Positions 45,645 to 55,637 of a stretch of 64,000 bases of DNA are shown in pieces (within the stretch, counting starts at the first letter, position 1; every line of letters starts with the position of its first letter). The DNA lies in assembly GCA_046350855.1 (NCBI GenBank), contig JAXLZM010000002.1:14103-78102 (forward strand), read 5' to 3'. Below the pieces are notes generated by a model that searched no databases, was not told where the DNA came from, and was given only the letters and a program-made list of their open reading frames with translations. This stretch comes from Candidatus Anderseniibacteriota bacterium (GTDB taxonomy: Bacteria; Patescibacteriota; JAUYIX01). Position numbers and translations under genes: made by a program.

Positions 45645-47618
45645 TTAGCGTGTCAATTTAAACTTGGAGAGCGGCTGAAAAGCTGACAAAAATTCACGTT
45701 GCCGCACAACTTTGTGGGTTTTGTCATCGGTCACCGTGTAGGTAAAGCTGGTCGTGCCACCGCCGGCCGGGCTACCGCTCAAACGGTAGGGGCCATCGAT
45801 TTGGGTGGTTCTGCCTGGATCGGTGCCATAGATATCGACGTGGGCCATGTAGTCCTCGTCCAGGTAGGCCATGATCAAAATGTACCCCTCGGTGTCGTTG
45901 ATAAAACGTAGGTCGGGGTGATCATCGTAGAGCGTGGCCTCCACCCCCCAGTCGCCGTAGGGCCAGAGGTAGTGGTCCACCACAAAAGCGTGGTTTTGGC
46001 GCTCGGTGATCTCAAAGCCCGCGTCGAGGGCGGCTCTAAAGAGGGTCGTACCCACTTGGCACAGTCCACCGCCGTACTCGGGTCGGATCTTGTTGCCGGT
46101 GATGACCAACTCTGGTACGTAGCCGTTGTAGCCATCGATCGGCGCGATGGCTTGGATCGTCGAGAATTCTTGGCCAGGAGCCACGACCAATCCGCTCAGT
46201 AACTCAAAACCGCGGTTGATATTATGGATCCGGTTGAACGAACTATTGGTCGAGTCACTGATGCCACGGGCGATGAGCGTCTTAATGCCAAGCTCGTCGA
46301 TGACATCCTCGTTGATGGCGGGCTTTTTTTCGACCAAGCTTAGTTTGACGCTCGGCTTGTCGGTCGCAATGCTAAAGAGGGCGTCCTCGACCGCCGCATC
46401 CAAATCAACACCCGTGCCGGCTTTACTCGGCTGGGTCACTTTGACTTGGCCTTTTTCAAAAGCGAGACGGGCATTTTGACCTTCGATATCGAGTTCCGCT
46501 GCGGGGTGCGCGAGGAGCCAGTGGGTCAGGCCGTCGCGATTGAGGCCAACCACCGCCATCGCTTTGCCTCGTTTGAGTTCGGGAGCACTTGCTCTATTGA
46601 GACCGGTAAAGTTTTCGCGGGGGAGCAGCACGATATAGGGGTCGGTAGCCTTGTCGCCGCGCCGCTTTTGATCAAAGGGAGTCACGACCAGTGACGGCAA
46701 GGTGGCGCTGTCCGGAACAATCTCTTCACCGCGCTTCTTTTTTGGCTCTGGCAGACCACAGGCGCAACTCGCTTTACCCTGCACGTTCTCGGGTGTGATT
46801 GACATAAATTCTAACCACCCGCCAATCTCGTCACGCGTGGGGGAGTAGTTTTTTTCTTTGTAGTAAAAGTTGAGCTTGGAGTCGAGCAGTTGCTCCGCGA
46901 GAGCCTGACTAGCCGCTAATTGCTCCGGCTGAACCTCTGGCTGGGTCGGCCCGAGACTCAATTGTAAATCTGTGTGCGACAATGTTTGCGCATTGCTTTG
47001 GAGCGTTTGATAGGCCGGCTCCCGAATAATTTCGTTACCGAGTTCTGGCTTGAGTTGTGTCAGTTTGCCGTTTGCGTAGGAGAGGCGTGCATCTTTGGCG
47101 GGTTTTTCGATGGTCAAAAAGGCCGTCTCAAACATGCCGTCTAGAGTGTCGCGATCAAAGTTGGCTACGACCGGCAGATGCCCACCGCCAAACGCTACAG
47201 AAACCTGCGCCGCTACATTTTTAAACTTATTTTGGTCGTGTCCCAAATCGTAGGCGGCGGCCACACTTGCGGCAACGTTAATGGTCAAACCGAGATCCTG
47301 CGCGGAGAGCTCAAAGCGCTTGGCCTCGCCCGACTCAGCGGTACCAGTAAAGACAAACGGTTTAGCTAAAAAAGCGTCAACCGCTTTTTGCAGCAGTACA
47401 GTTGCCTCCTCACGAGTTTTGCCGCTCACGTCCACGCCCCCGACCGACATGCGGGGGAGCATGGCCGGATCCTCTGCTACATCCAGTGACCAAGCGGCGG
47501 CACCGGTGCCGGAGCCTAGCGTTACGAGCGAGACGACCAATACAACAAACCACTTGCTTGCTGCCCAGTGGGTTGTCTCGACCTTTTTATTTTTCACCGT
47601 GTTTTTTATGTTCTCCAC
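45645..47618 (-). CDS. VanW family protein (657 aa): N-terminal TM anchor, repeated beta domains, C-terminal VanW domain.
   Basis: VanW signature GGGLCQVGTTLFRAALDAGFEITERQNH. N-terminal hydrophobic anchor. Confidence 0.75.
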   Translation of the reverse strand: MENIKNTVKNKKVETTHWAASKWFVVLVVSLVTLGSGTGAAAWSLDVAEDPAMLPRMSVGGVDVSGKTREEATVLLQKAVDAFLAKPFVFTGTAESGEAKRFELSAQDLGLTINVAASVAAAYDLGHDQNKFKNVAAQVSVAFGGGHLPVVANFDRDTLDGMFETAFLTIEKPAKDARLSYANGKLTQLKPELGNEIIREPAYQTLQSNAQTLSHTDLQLSLGPTQPEVQPEQLAASQALAEQLLDSKLNFYYKEKNYSPTRDEIGGWLEFMSITPENVQGKASCACGLPEPKKKRGEEIVPDSATLPSLVVTPFDQKRRGDKATDPYIVLLPRENFTGLNRASAPELKRGKAMAVVGLNRDGLTHWLLAHPAAELDIEGQNARLAFEKGQVKVTQPSKAGTGVDLDAAVEDALFSIATDKPSVKLSLVEKKPAINEDVIDELGIKTLIARGISDSTNSSFNRIHNINRGFELLSGLVVAPGQEFSTIQAIAPIDGYNGYVPELVITGNKIRPEYGGGLCQVGTTLFRAALDAGFEITERQNHAFVVDHYLWPYGDWGVEATLYDDHPDLRFINDTEGYILIMAYLDEDYMAHVDIYGTDPGRTTQIDGPYRLSGSPAGGGTTSFTYTVTDDKTHKVVRQREFLSAFQPLSKFKLTR

Positions 47619-47689
47619 ACCTAAATCTTGCTGACTTTGGTCAGTTTGTCAAGTCTAGCGCCGCCGCAGTCTGCTTCCAAAGGCGCCGA

Positions 47690-50455
47690 TTAGGCTGACA
47701 CTTTGGCCAGTTTTTTGGCAGGCTTATCAGCGCTCGGCTTAACGGCCGGTTTACTGGGGGCTTTGCTCTCGCCCCGCGTGGCTTTAAACGTAAAGGCCTT
47801 AGCTTTTTCTTGGTAGTCGACCTCGATGGTCTGGCCTGAGGTGTACTCACTCGCCAGGAGTTTTTCGGAGAGAGGGTTCTCAATCTCACGCTGAATCACA
47901 CGACGCAAGGGGCGCGCTCCAAAAGTCGGATCGTACCCCTTATCGATCAAAGCATTTTTAGCGGGCATCGAGACTTTGAGTTTGATATTTTGTGCGTGCA
48001 AGAGCGACTGCAACTCTTTGAGCATCAAGTCCACGATCGCGCGGACCTGGGTCTTGTCCAGGGCGTGGAACACGATCACCTCGTCGATGCGGTTCAAAAA
48101 CTCGGGGCGGAACACTTTTTTTAGTTCATCCTGCAGTTGTCCCTTGAGTGTCTCGTGAGCGCGTTTTTCTTTGTGCTTGGCGTCGCTCTCGACTGCCTCA
48201 CCGTCAAACCCAAAAGTTGCCCCGGTCTTTTGTTGGATCAGTTGCGAGCCGACGTTAGAGGTGGCAATGATAATCGTATTTTTAAAATCGACTAAGCGTC
48301 CCTTGGCATCCGTCAAACGGCCGTCTTCCAAAATTTGCAACAAAATGTTGAACACATCCGGGTGTGCCTTCTCAATCTCATCCAGCAAGATCACAGCATA
48401 AGGCTTTTTGCGGATGCGTTCGGTGAGTTGACCACCTTCTTCAAACCCGACGTAGCCGGGCGGCGAACCCACCAGGCGTGAGACGGTGTGGCGCTCCATG
48501 TACTCAGACATGTCGACACGGATAAGGGCTTCCTCGTCACCAAAGATGAGTTCGGCCAGTGCTTTGGCCAGCTCGGTCTTACCCACACCGGTCGGACCCA
48601 AAAAGATAAAGGAGCCGATGGGACGGTTTGGATCTTTGAGGCCGGCACGACCGCGCCGCACGGCTTGGGCCACGGCCTTGACGGCCTCCTCTTGACCGAT
48701 GATGCGCTCGTGCAGACGATCCTCTAGTTTGAGCAACTTTTGAACCTCTTCCTCGGCGAGCTGCGTGACGGGGATTCCGGTCCACTCCGACAAAATCTTT
48801 TCGATATCGCTCGAGGTGAGGGTCGGCTGTCCGGTCGACTTGGTCTTTTTCCAGCTAGTCTCAAGCTCCTTGAGCTCTTTTTTGAGATCGGTCACTTGCT
48901 TGCCGAGTTTGAGTACCTTGGCGCGGTTTTTAGCTTTAGAGGCGGCTTCTTTTTCGTTTTCGAGGCGACGGATCATACGGTGCTTTTCTTTGAGTTGGTC
49001 TGGCACGTTGATTGAGGCGAGGCGTACCTTGGCGGCACCTTCGTCGACCAAATCGATGGCCTTATCGGGCAAAAAGCGATCGGTAATATAGCGATCGGAG
49101 AGGGAGGCGGCGGCCACGATGGCTTCTTCGGTAATTTTAACTTTGTGGTGTGCCTCGTAACGATCCCGCAGTCCGCGTAAAATCTCGATGGTGTCCTCGA
49201 CGTTGGGTTCCTCCACTAAAATGGGCTGAAAGCGACGCTCAAGTGCAGCGTCTTTTTCGATATGTTTTTGGTACTCATCTAAGGTAGTTGCGCCGATGGC
49301 CTGTAAATCACCACGCGCTAGGGCAGGCTTGAGCATGTTGGCGGCATCGATGGCACCCTCGGCCGACCCCGCCCCGATTAAGGTGTGTAATTCATCGATA
49401 AAGAGGATGACCTCTTTTTGTGAGGCGACGATTTCCTTCATGACTTTTTTGACGCGCTCCTCAAAGTCCCCACGGTGTTTGGTGCCGGCGATCATGCCCG
49501 AGAGGTCGAGAGCTAAGACGCGCTTGCTCTTGAGTGTCTCCGGAATGTTGTCCGAGGCGATACGTTGGGCCAAACCCTCGATCACGGCGGTCTTACCGAC
49601 CCCCGGCTCACCAATCAAGACCGGATTATTTTTGGTGCGACGCGACAAGACTTGGATCACGCGGGCAACTTCTTTAGCACGCCCGACCACGGGATCCAGT
49701 TTACCCTCCCGTGCCATCTCGGTCATATCCCGGGAGAACTCATCCAAAGTTGGCGTGTTGCTACGCGCTTTGCGCCGGCGTGTACCGGTCCCGACAAAAT
49801 TGATCACGGCCGCGCGCGCCTTGGTGTGATCGATCCCATACTTGGCAAAGACTTGCGCCCCCAAGCCCTCACCCTCGCGGATCAACCCAAGTAAAATGTG
49901 CTCGGACCCAACATAGTTGTGTTCCATGTTGCGCGCCTCATGAAAAGCCAACTCCAATACCCGCTTAGCGCGCGGGGCCAGGTCAAACTGTTCTACCGGC
50001 TCGGTGCCAGCCACGATAGTTTCCTCAACATACGCCCGAATATCCTCCGGGTTGACCCCAAAGCCCTTGATGAGCTTGTAAGCCACCTCTTTTTCTTCTA
50101 ACAAACCCAGCAGGAGGTGTTCGGTATCGATTTGACGTGATTTAAACTTGCGCGCCGCCTCAACCGCTTTATCTAAGACCAGTTTGGCCCGCTCGCTAAA
50201 ATAGTCGACGATGTTAATGCGCTCGGGCTGCTGTAACATGCCCTGGTTGGGCACGGGTGCCCCACCAAAAACCGAGGGACCACCGCCGAGTGCTCCAGGA
50301 GCGCCGCCAAAAAAACTCTGCAAAAAGGAGTCGCCGCCAAAAAACATGCGGTCCTCGGCGCAGGAGTGGCAGAGGTGCAAGCGATGCACCTTTCCGTTGA
50401 TAGTTTGTCGGATAGCGATGGAAGCGGGGCGCTGTCCGCAGGATTGGCAAAGCAT
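47690..50455 (-). CDS. clpC: Clp ATPase ClpC-like (two AAA+ modules, UVR motif) with an N-terminal ClpX-type C4 zinc ribbon and Gly-rich linker, plus a Lys/Ala-rich C-terminal tail; 921 aa.
   Basis: Both Walker A sites (GEPGVGKT, GPTGVGKT). Clp N-repeats. UVR-like coiled coil. N-terminal CQSCGQRP...LCHSCAE. CIRCE operator upstream. Confidence 0.85.
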   Translation of the reverse strand: MLCQSCGQRPASIAIRQTINGKVHRLHLCHSCAEDRMFFGGDSFLQSFFGGAPGALGGGPSVFGGAPVPNQGMLQQPERINIVDYFSERAKLVLDKAVEAARKFKSRQIDTEHLLLGLLEEKEVAYKLIKGFGVNPEDIRAYVEETIVAGTEPVEQFDLAPRAKRVLELAFHEARNMEHNYVGSEHILLGLIREGEGLGAQVFAKYGIDHTKARAAVINFVGTGTRRRKARSNTPTLDEFSRDMTEMAREGKLDPVVGRAKEVARVIQVLSRRTKNNPVLIGEPGVGKTAVIEGLAQRIASDNIPETLKSKRVLALDLSGMIAGTKHRGDFEERVKKVMKEIVASQKEVILFIDELHTLIGAGSAEGAIDAANMLKPALARGDLQAIGATTLDEYQKHIEKDAALERRFQPILVEEPNVEDTIEILRGLRDRYEAHHKVKITEEAIVAAASLSDRYITDRFLPDKAIDLVDEGAAKVRLASINVPDQLKEKHRMIRRLENEKEAASKAKNRAKVLKLGKQVTDLKKELKELETSWKKTKSTGQPTLTSSDIEKILSEWTGIPVTQLAEEEVQKLLKLEDRLHERIIGQEEAVKAVAQAVRRGRAGLKDPNRPIGSFIFLGPTGVGKTELAKALAELIFGDEEALIRVDMSEYMERHTVSRLVGSPPGYVGFEEGGQLTERIRKKPYAVILLDEIEKAHPDVFNILLQILEDGRLTDAKGRLVDFKNTIIIATSNVGSQLIQQKTGATFGFDGEAVESDAKHKEKRAHETLKGQLQDELKKVFRPEFLNRIDEVIVFHALDKTQVRAIVDLMLKELQSLLHAQNIKLKVSMPAKNALIDKGYDPTFGARPLRRVIQREIENPLSEKLLASEYTSGQTIEVDYQEKAKAFTFKATRGESKAPSKPAVKPSADKPAKKLAKVSA

Positions 50456-50483
50456 GTGGGGTAGCCAGTAGGGTAGTACCTAA

Positions 50484-50510
50484 CTAGCACTCTATCTGTT
50501 TGAGTGCTAA
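50484..50510 (-). promoter_or_regulatory. CIRCE (HrcA operator) inverted repeat upstream of clpC.
   Basis: cTAGCACTC-tatctgttt-GAGTGCTAA matches the consensus TTAGCACTC-N9-GAGTGCTAA. Lies 29 nt upstream of the clpC start. Confidence 0.75.
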
Positions 50511-50585
50511 TGCGTCAACACTGCGAGCGAGTCGGTTTCGCATCGTCATCACGTTTGGGTCGGCCACTCCGTTACGCAAAACTCC

Positions 50586-51050
50586 TTAGCGTGCGCTACT
50601 AACCTTGATCCGCTTGGTCTTAGCCTTGGTGGCCTTAGGCAAAAGCACTTTGAGCACGCCGTCTTTGAGTTCGGCCCTAACTTTGTCGCCATCCACATCC
50701 ACTGGCAAGATTACCGAGCGACTAAAGGTGCCCCAGTAATTTTCTTGGTAAAAGTAATCTTCTTGCTTGGCCTCGGCGGGATTAGTGCGTGAGCCGCGGA
50801 TCGTGAGCAAATCGTTGTTGAGCGTGATTTCAAGATCGGCCGACTTTACGCCCGCAATGGTCGAGAGCACCACTACATCATCGGGGGTTTGGTAGACGTC
50901 GATGGTGAGTTGGCCTTCTTCTTCCTCCGACTCTTGGGTCTGGGTAACCGGTACTTGCGCATCGGTAAGCGCCGCATCTGTTTGCGGGACCTGGGCGGTA
51001 ATGGATGTGTCGGTGTTCATCTCGGTGGAAGTGATGTTTGTGTCTTGCAT
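50586..51050 (-). CDS. Hsp20/alpha-crystallin family small heat shock protein (154 aa).
   Basis: ACD motifs TIDVYQTPDDVVV..., GVLKVLLPK. Start set at ATG 51050 (MQDTNI...); the ORF track uses an upstream TTG. Confidence 0.8.
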   Translation of the reverse strand: MQDTNITSTEMNTDTSITAQVPQTDAALTDAQVPVTQTQESEEEEGQLTIDVYQTPDDVVVLSTIAGVKSADLEITLNNDLLTIRGSRTNPAEAKQEDYFYQENYWGTFSRSVILPVDVDGDKVRAELKDGVLKVLLPKATKAKTKRIKVSSAR

Positions 51051-51184
51051 GGCGCGAGCCAACTCCTTTTTAATACCTAAACGATACTCGTGTGAGCCTC
51101 CTTAGTATATAGGACAGCTCTCGGCAGAACAAATAGCAGGTGAGAAACCGGTGGAAAAGTCAACCGATCTGGCCAAGACAAGGC

Positions 51185-51886
51185 CTAGGTGGGTCGCACC
51201 GGGTTTTTGGCGTCGCGCTTTTGGAGAGTGCGGGTGAACAAATCGAACAGTAAAAAGACCGCCGCCATCATGAGCAGCAAAATCGAGAGCTTAATAGTCG
51301 AGTTGGAGATCGCGACCAGGTCATACACTCCATGCAAGGCGATCCCGAGCACCAGACCCAATAGGACGATCCAACTACCCCCACGTTTGGCAAAACGGCC
51401 GAGGCCCATGCAGTAGCCAATGATGCCGGCCGCCAAAGCGTGCAAAAGAGTAGCGGTTACAAAACGGATCGGCAGCACCCCAGCCCCGTCCCCCAAAACG
51501 ATCAAAATATTTTCGACGGTCGCAAATCCAAGTGAGGCCACCACCATATAGATCACGCCGTCGAGGCGTTCGTTAAAGACGGGGTGATGGTACACACTGG
51601 CGTACACCACCGAGAACTTAGCCAGCTCTTCGACCGGGGCGACCACAAAGAGTGCACCGATAATCGCGGCTTGGGAGAATCCCGGTCCGCTAAAGCCCAG
51701 GTATAGATCGATGGTGTATTCGACAAAGAGGGCCGGCAGCGTCACGAGCATCCCCAATAAAAAAACCCGCCACAAAAAGCGCCGCGGCTCAGGGTGAGCC
51801 CGGTCTTGGCGCACGTACCACCACAGCCAAAAAATGCTTGGCAGCAAGGCGAGCACGACGTTCCGGACGGTAATGAGCCACTCCAT
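51185..51886 (-). CDS. prsW: PrsW family intramembrane metalloprotease (233 aa).
   Basis: Motifs APVEELAKF (EExxK) and FATVEN, with multiple TM helices. Confidence 0.7.
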   Translation of the reverse strand: MEWLITVRNVVLALLPSIFWLWWYVRQDRAHPEPRRFLWRVFLLGMLVTLPALFVEYTIDLYLGFSGPGFSQAAIIGALFVVAPVEELAKFSVVYASVYHHPVFNERLDGVIYMVVASLGFATVENILIVLGDGAGVLPIRFVTATLLHALAAGIIGYCMGLGRFAKRGGSWIVLLGLVLGIALHGVYDLVAISNSTIKLSILLLMMAAVFLLFDLFTRTLQKRDAKNPVRPT

Positions 51887-51912
51887 TAGTTGACATGGTA
51901 CTCTAGCTCTGG

Positions 51913-53472
51913 ATGCTAAGCGAACGTGCGACTTCCCAGCACTTGCGCGAGCTACTCACGCGGCCCAGCTACGCCCCGCTCGCCAAGCTTACTCGACACT
52001 CCGGGGTCGAGGTCTTTGTGGTGGGCGGTGCTGTGCGGGATGTTGTGCTCGGCAAGACCCCGGATGATTTAGATTTTGTAGTGCGAGGTGCTGCTCCCGC
52101 AAAGCTCGAGCGCTGGCTTGGTCACATCGGCCGAGTCGTCTTAGTTGGTAAGCGTTTTGGGGTCTATAAAGTCTGGCCACGGGGACAAACGGGTGCAGGT
52201 ACCAGTGTTAGTGTGGACGTGGCCTTGCCCCGTCTGGAAGAACCCACCGGTCGGGGTGGCTACCGCGACGTGCAGATCGCCGCCGACCCGCACCTACCCA
52301 TCCAACAAGACTTGGCTCGGCGCGATTTTACGGTTAATGCCTTGGCGTACAATTGCAAAACCGGGCAGCTGATCGATCCCTACGGCGGTCGAGGGGACTT
52401 GCGCGCTCGTATACTTAGAGCGGTTGGCAATCCCGCTAAACGATTAGAAGAAGATTACTCACGCATGGTGCGTGCGGTGCGTCTGGCGGTGCAGCTCGAG
52501 GCCAAATTAGATTCCGAGCTGGCTCGGGCTATTCGAGAGCACGCCTCCAAAATTGATCAGGCCGACTCCGAGGGTCGCTTGGTGGCGTGGGAGGTGATCG
52601 GTAAGGAGCTCGCGCGAGCTTTTTTCTACGACGGTCGTCGCGCTCTCGAGCTGCTTGAGAAAACCAACTTGCTGTCGGAGGTTCTGCCAGAAGTTGCAAA
52701 ATTAGCGCGCATTACACAGTACGTGGTGTTCCATCCAGAGGGCGATGTCTTGACGCATACCAAGCAGGCGCTCGACCGCTTGTACCAACTCAAGCCTAAG
52801 CCGACACTCATTGAGAGTATTTCGGTTTTGTTACATGACGTGGGTAAGGCTGAGCGGGTGCAGATTAAGGATCCTCCCGACGGTCCGCGCAGTGCTATCA
52901 AACCTGTCCACGACCCCGAACAATTTTTTGCGAGCGGCGCGTATGATCCAAAGCGTCAGCGCGTGATGCACATTGGGCATGCCGAGGCCTCCGTCGCCAT
53001 CGCTCGACGCATTTTTGCACGGCTCGGCTGGGTGCGTTTTGTGGGGACCGCTGGCCAAGCCGAGATTGTGCATAACATTCGGTACCATTTGCTCCAAGAC
53101 ATCGACAAGATGCGGCCCAGTAAGGCAGAACCCATTTTATTTTTTCCAAACGGCCGGGTGCGCTGGAGTTTATTGGCTTTGGCCCAGGTTGACCCGACGC
53201 CTGAGGCCGCTCGACCCAATAATCGCTACAGGTTGGCCCTCGACCGTGTGCAGACACTCATGGCTCAGCACTTACAAAAGGCACCGGTTGCAACGCCTGG
53301 TTTGGCGCGTCCACTGGTAAGTGGCACAGACCTTTTAGAGCTCGGTCTCGAGGCGGGTCCGCAGCTGGGCGACGTCTTGGCTTCGGTCAGAGACGCGCAG
53401 CTTGCCGGTCGCGTGGCGACCCGGCAAGCTGCGCTCAAACTGGCGCGAAGTTTTGCTAAAACAGCGCGTTGA
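51913..53472 (+). CDS. cca: tRNA nucleotidyltransferase (CCA-adding enzyme) / poly(A) polymerase family with a C-terminal HD domain (519 aa).
   Basis: Motif VFVVGGAVRDVVLGKTPDDLDFVV (head domain GG..RD...DxD). HD motif LLHDVGK. Confidence 0.85.
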   Translation: MLSERATSQHLRELLTRPSYAPLAKLTRHSGVEVFVVGGAVRDVVLGKTPDDLDFVVRGAAPAKLERWLGHIGRVVLVGKRFGVYKVWPRGQTGAGTSVSVDVALPRLEEPTGRGGYRDVQIAADPHLPIQQDLARRDFTVNALAYNCKTGQLIDPYGGRGDLRARILRAVGNPAKRLEEDYSRMVRAVRLAVQLEAKLDSELARAIREHASKIDQADSEGRLVAWEVIGKELARAFFYDGRRALELLEKTNLLSEVLPEVAKLARITQYVVFHPEGDVLTHTKQALDRLYQLKPKPTLIESISVLLHDVGKAERVQIKDPPDGPRSAIKPVHDPEQFFASGAYDPKRQRVMHIGHAEASVAIARRIFARLGWVRFVGTAGQAEIVHNIRYHLLQDIDKMRPSKAEPILFFPNGRVRWSLLALAQVDPTPEAARPNNRYRLALDRVQTLMAQHLQKAPVATPGLARPLVSGTDLLELGLEAGPQLGDVLASVRDAQLAGRVATRQAALKLARSFAKTAR

Positions 53473-55579
53473 GCGAACTCTCCACGTTGCTGGTGATGGC
53501 GGCGGTTCCGCCAGCGATGTAGCCGTGCTGGAGGGTGCCGACCGAGGAAAGATAACTGCTGGTCTCACTCGGGATCGAGCTAGCGTTGACCAATAAGATC
53601 GGGCCCGAGATGGTTTGCGACAAGCCTGACAAGCTCACGATGCCGGCAAAGGGGGCGGCCACGAGCGCATCCGGAAACTTGTTACCCAGGGCAAAGACCG
53701 CGGTGGTCGGACCGGTCGGGAAAAAGTTAGCGGCGATGATTCGGGCCGTGTCAAAGCGGTTGGTTCCGCCAAGACGTGTCACACTCCCCGCAAAAGCCGT
53801 GGCGCTTGAGGCAACTTGGGCGCTGAGGGCGGCCGTTCCACCGGCTAGGTAAATCGTGTTGAGTTGAGCCACGTCTTGTAGATACATCTCGGCGTGCTCG
53901 TTGAGGGCGTCGCTCTCGGTCAGGAGGATTGGCATGTAAAACGGATTGACGCTCGAGTTGGCCGCGCTTGCGCCGGCCGTCAGCGCATCCGGAAAGTCCG
54001 TACCCTTGGCCAAAAAGGCCCCCGTGGCGTTGGTCCCGCGGATCGTATCCATCTTAGCCGCGACAAAGTGAGACGTCTCGTAACGGTTGCTGCCTGCGAT
54101 GCGACCGACATCGATTTTGGAGTTGATCGCTTTGACCGCGTTGACCACCGCGTCGCTGACCACGGCCGAACCCCCAATCACCCAGACATCCTCCTCGGGG
54201 TCATCTACGTTATCAAAGACGCGCGCGATCTCGGCTTGTGTCTCGGCCGGCAGGCTCGCTTTAGTCGTGCCGAGCAAGGGTCCCTTGATCAAGCCTGCTA
54301 GAGGGGCGGCTACCAAACTATCTGGAAAGACTTCTAGGCTGGCGAGCACCAGGGCGTCCACGCTCTTGTCGCCAAAAGCTTCTTTGCTGACTTGGACACC
54401 CGTGTCGTAGCGGTTGGCCCCGGCAAAACGCTGCAGCGCTTTAGGCGATTTGGCGATCTCCATGCCGTAGGGGTTGGCGCCACCGGTGAGTGGCACGACC
54501 GCGGCTTCCGACATCGAGCCTGAGGGATTGAGATTAATCACCGAGACTTTGTCACTCGCGGTCAAGCTCACAAAAGCCCGATCGACCTTGCTAGAAAAAG
54601 CGATCTCGGAGGGCTGGTCCGCGCCCGCGTTGCCACCCAAATTGCTCAGATGCCGCACCTCACTAAAGGGACTGCTCGTGTTGAACTCTATCACCGAGTC
54701 GCCCGTGGGCGGACCGGCTACAAAACCACCCGTCACCAAAAAGCGTTTGGGGCTGCGAGGCTCCCGCTCGACCGCCCAGGGGCCGAGTCCGTACCCGGTC
54801 GAAGAACTCATTGTGGCACTGGTGTTGCTTTGATCGTCAAAGGTACGCATGACGCTCGACAAGCCATCCGCATACATGGCGCGATTGTTGTCGTTGCCAT
54901 CGCCCACAATACCGTAGCCGCTGGCGGCCGTGCCGGGCGTGATGCTGTCGATTTGAGCCAAGCTGCTCGGGCTAAACGAGCGGACTTGTCCGGTCAGAGC
55001 GCCACTGGTGACCCACAAGCGGTCCTCGTTTTTGCTTAAAGCCAGATCCCAGGGTGTAAAGCTCGGGCTGAGGGTCGGTGAGGTCGCCACACTAGTACGA
55101 CTGCGCGTGTCGATTTTAACCACGTTGGTATCCGTCGCGACGTACAAATAATTGCCGTTGCCACTGAGCGCCAAACCTTGCGGTGTGTGTGAGAGCGGGA
55201 TGGAGTATTCTAGGACGTCGCTGTCTGTATTGAGTACGTGGATCAACTTAAAAGCCGAGTCACTGGCATACAGGTATGGCCGAACCGTATCCGCCACGAG
55301 TTCTTCTGGTTCTGCCCCGGCCCCCAATGAGATGGTTGTGAGCGGCGTTGAACTGGCCGCAATCGAGTCCGCATCAAACACAGCGATACTATCGAGGCCT
55401 TGCTGCCCGACATAGAGTTTTTCCATTCCGGCGTGGCCAGCCTGAGCTTGCGGCAACTGCAGTGGCTGCAGTGACCACAATGGAGAAATGAGAGTACTTG
55501 CGGCGAGCAGGACTCCAAAAAAGAGGGTGAGGGGGGTACGCAGGTGGGTTCTGCCGGATTTGTGTAAGGGGTAAAACAT
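53456..55579 (-). CDS. Secreted protein (707 aa): signal peptide, YVTN-type beta-propeller repeats, C-terminal cell-wall-binding (CWB2-like) repeats.
   Basis: Signal peptide LFFGVLLAASTLISPLWS. YVATDTNVVKID repeats. Repeats QRFAGANRYDTGVQVSKEAFG / RLGGTNRFDTARIIAANFF. Confidence 0.65.
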   Translation of the reverse strand: MFYPLHKSGRTHLRTPLTLFFGVLLAASTLISPLWSLQPLQLPQAQAGHAGMEKLYVGQQGLDSIAVFDADSIAASSTPLTTISLGAGAEPEELVADTVRPYLYASDSAFKLIHVLNTDSDVLEYSIPLSHTPQGLALSGNGNYLYVATDTNVVKIDTRSRTSVATSPTLSPSFTPWDLALSKNEDRLWVTSGALTGQVRSFSPSSLAQIDSITPGTAASGYGIVGDGNDNNRAMYADGLSSVMRTFDDQSNTSATMSSSTGYGLGPWAVEREPRSPKRFLVTGGFVAGPPTGDSVIEFNTSSPFSEVRHLSNLGGNAGADQPSEIAFSSKVDRAFVSLTASDKVSVINLNPSGSMSEAAVVPLTGGANPYGMEIAKSPKALQRFAGANRYDTGVQVSKEAFGDKSVDALVLASLEVFPDSLVAAPLAGLIKGPLLGTTKASLPAETQAEIARVFDNVDDPEEDVWVIGGSAVVSDAVVNAVKAINSKIDVGRIAGSNRYETSHFVAAKMDTIRGTNATGAFLAKGTDFPDALTAGASAANSSVNPFYMPILLTESDALNEHAEMYLQDVAQLNTIYLAGGTAALSAQVASSATAFAGSVTRLGGTNRFDTARIIAANFFPTGPTTAVFALGNKFPDALVAAPFAGIVSLSGLSQTISGPILLVNASSIPSETSSYLSSVGTLQHGYIAGGTAAITSNVESSLNALF

Positions 55580-55637
55580 GGGGGTAGAAATTTAACGACG
55601 ATAGCGCTAGTCTACCTCGGTCACAGGGACTACCAAA

